From: Naegleria gruberi
Lineage: Eukaryota
Assembly (NCBI GenBank): GCA_000004985.1
Contig: GG738860.1
Length of the DNA: 64,000 nt
Reading direction: 5' to 3' (one strand)
The notes under the pieces were generated by a model. It did not search any database, was not told the origin of the DNA, and was given only the letters and a program-made list of their open reading frames with translations. This document shows positions 61,626 through 64,000 of the stretch, one piece after another (position 1 is the first letter of the stretch; each line of letters opens with the position of its first letter). Made by a program: the position numbers and the translations under genes.

Positions 61626-62247
61626 TTTTTTTAATGTTTAAAAAAGGTAAAAAACAAAAACTGCGTTTCAATAGCTCCAAAATTCAATCCAGCACAACCT
61701 AGGTATTGTGTGAATCTGTAATCTCCTCTCAATCTTCTATTTAACATTAAGGGTGAACTATTTCTGTTCAGCACGTTTTCTGGTTAACCACATGTTAAGA
61801 AATATTTAGAGGAAAGTTGTGCGGATGTTTTGAAATGATCTCAATTTATGTTATCTCCTCTAACCTTTTCACTTGTGGTGTTATAGATCAAACAGGTTCA
61901 TAATTGTTCTTTGAAGCAGAAGTATCGAAAGAGTTTCATTGGATTTAATGTTGTTGGTTCATCACGCATAAATCAAATCGTCAGACGACACCTCTTTGCT
62001 TCTTTTATCCAAGAGCTTTATCCATTCCTAATATGAAACATTGATAACAAACCACAAGCGGGACCTAAATTTTCTTACTCATTCTCAATCTATGTTGGAA
62101 TGTACAATTGTTGTAAGTGGTTCAAAGAGTTCCTTAACAACAACCTATTTAAAACACATTTTGCCACTATTTTTACAGCAAAGAAAGTTCATTTCAGATT
62201 TTATTTTTAATATTTTTATTTTAAAATTAAAAAATTAGCAAAACACC

Positions 62248-64000
62248 ATGTCCAGCAGTGCTAATCAACCTTTCGTAATTGATCCATCAACAATTGTTGT
62301 ATCCGATAACGAAACTGATTTGGATGAAACAATTAAATCCGAGGTTTTGTTGTGGTATCAATCATTTAAATCATTAAAGAATGCTACTCGACAAATGATC
62401 GAAAGAAGTCACTTGAATCCTCTTCTTAAAGTACCTAGAAAGGAGTTATTAAATGTGATGGTTAACTTGAATTTATTGGAATTAAATACTCAAGAAAAGA
62501 TCATAATGTTTGATTTGAATGATTCAATCTTTTCAGTTATTTATCCCGAAACTTATAAGCCAATGGAAGGAGAAGGCCTTTTAGTTACTAGTGATGATCC
62601 TGTTCTTGAAAAGGTTGTTGCAAAGGCTAATAGATTTATTCAAAGAGATAGTGTCAGTATGACATCACCATCCATTGCAATTTCTGTACTTTTATCAAAG
62701 ATTATTGAAATTTTCATCACCAAATCATTTAATGAGCTTACTCCTGGTGTTGTAAATGCCACTGATGATTTATTTGCTTCAAAACTTGATGAATTGGACA
62801 AAGGAGCCTCTAAACTTCTTATTAGCTCCGATGATGAAGATGATGATGAGGATGATGATGAAGACTTTATTCAAACTCCAACACCTCAAAAGGTGAATAT
62901 TTCCGAAAAGAATATATTTGATGTACAAGAGGAAAAGGATATGTCAGAGCTTATTGCAAAGCTTCAAAAAATGTCACAAGATGAAGAATTTACAATGTTT
63001 ACAAATGCATGGGGTAAGTTTCCTTTGAATTCTTAAGCTTATCTTTTTTAGGATCTTTGGCTGGCTATGTAGAATATAACTTGTCAGCAAAGAGTAAACT
63101 GTTGACTGAATTGAAATTTATTAATTCATTGAATGGAAGAAATGGATGGAAAGTGGAATTAGTAGACGAAAATATTTTTGTTTGGACTGTGCATTTGTAT
63201 AATTTCCCAACTTCATCAACAATTGCATCTGGATTACGTTCTTTCCAAGAAAAGTTCAACATTGGTAATGGAGACATTGTGTTGGAAGTTCGTTTTGCTA
63301 ATTATCCTGAAGAGCCTCCACACATTAGAGTTGTATCACCAAGAATTCAATATTTGACAGGTTTAGTACAATTTGATGGAAGTCTTTGTGTTGATTTCTT
63401 AACAAGAAATAATTGGGCTGAAAACAGATGCTTATCTATGGAATCAATCTTTTCTAAAATCAAATCATCGCTCATTGAAAATGATGCCTGCATTGATTTG
63501 AGAACATTCAAACCTTATGATGTCAAGGCCGCTCTTAATAGCTATGTCAGACATACAAGAGATCAAGTCATTCAATCAGGAACCAAGTTCAACGAAAAGT
63601 ATTACATTTTCTCATCTGCTTTCAGTAAGCGTTGTTTTGATGTCAAGGTTAATCTTAGTGCTCTTGGTAAGTTTATCGTAGCAAGTAGAATTTATAGTTA
63701 ACATTTTCAGAAAAGGGTAATAAGGTGTTGTTGCCACCTGAAGCAGCTGATAAGATTTTCAACGATCCTAATGTTGAATTCCCTCTTATTTTTGAAATTC
63801 AAACCAAACATTCTAGAGTATATTGTGGTGTCAGTGGTATGTTGTTTCATAATTTTATATTTCTCTAATTTCAATTTTTTAGAATTTACCAGTCCTTCCA
63901 ATAATATTGTTGTTCCAGAATGGTAAGTAAGATGATTAATTTCATTCAATTAACCTGTATCAGGATGTTTAAGAGTTTGTTTATCACAGAAGGAGCTAAA
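62248..64000 (+). CDS. Fusion gene: UBE2Q-like ubiquitin-conjugating (UBC) domain protein spliced in frame to UFD1 (Cdc48/p97 cofactor) N-domain; partial, continues beyond window end
   Basis: join(62248..63013,63052..63666,63711..63836,63883..63922,63964..>64000); introns 38, 44, 46 and 41 nt (GTAAGT/GTATGT donors). Exon 2 encodes a UBC fold close to UBE2Q: FANYPEEPPHIRVVSPRIQYLTGLVQFDGSLCVDFLTRNNWAENRCLSMESIFSKIKSSL vs human [53 protein letters not shown]. End of exon 2 plus exons 3-5 are collinear with UFD1: SKRCFDVKVNLSAL|EKGNKVLLPPEAADKIF...PLIFEIQTKHSRVYCGVSG|EFTSPSNNIVVPEWMFKSLFITEGAK vs human YRCFSVSMLAG...EKGGKIIMPPSALDQL...PMLFKLTNKNSDRMTHCGVLEF...YLPHWMMQNLLLEEGG. The UFD1 part has no ATG of its own. 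Confidence 0.65.

Overview
This window is a gene-dense (about one gene per 1.5 kb), AT-rich (roughly 30% GC) nuclear region from a eukaryote with the standard genetic code. Many proteins are N/Q/S-rich, and most introns are very short (37-50 nt typical; some 60-220 nt) with strong GTAAGT/GTATGT donors. There are no prokaryotic features (operons, CRISPR, RBS). The start codons in the supplied ORF track are bacterial-style; TTG/GTG are shown as M and were not trusted. I used the ORF track only as exon candidates and reconstructed spliced genes by reading frame and by protein-family recall.

Confident calls: proteasome lid subunit Rpn3, V-ATPase subunit F, RAD18, a CFAP161-like protein, choline/ethanolamine phosphotransferase, a Rab-like small GTPase without a prenylation tail, a CAAX protease, Notchless, AFG1-like ATPase, tRNA-Ser(AGA), an ER Hsp70 (BiP, KDEL), COQ8/ADCK3 kinase, DHX33 DEAH helicase, an LC8 dynein light chain, a WDR34-like dynein-2 intermediate chain, a TRPML/polycystin-type channel, Rab7, an AEC-family transporter, an RWP-RK transcription factor, a CobW/ZNG1 GTPase, and a gene whose UBE2Q-like E2 domain is spliced in frame onto UFD1. 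There is one 50-N scaffold gap.

Taxonomic inference (low confidence): the Rab7 C-terminus (EPQPKKSGCC) and an RWP-RK gene point to an amoebozoan-like protist rather than an animal. Presence of CFAP161, a RABL2-like GTPase and a dynein-2 IC-like gene suggests the organism builds a cilium or flagellum at some stage, so not a classical dictyostelid.

Most interesting items: (1) the UBE2Q-like E2 - UFD1 in-frame fusion, (2) a 7-nt microexon encoding the Walker-A TTQ of DHX33, (3) a TatA/TatB-like membrane protein, (4) ciliary/dynein genes sitting next to each other, (5) several convergent gene pairs with almost abutting stop codons.
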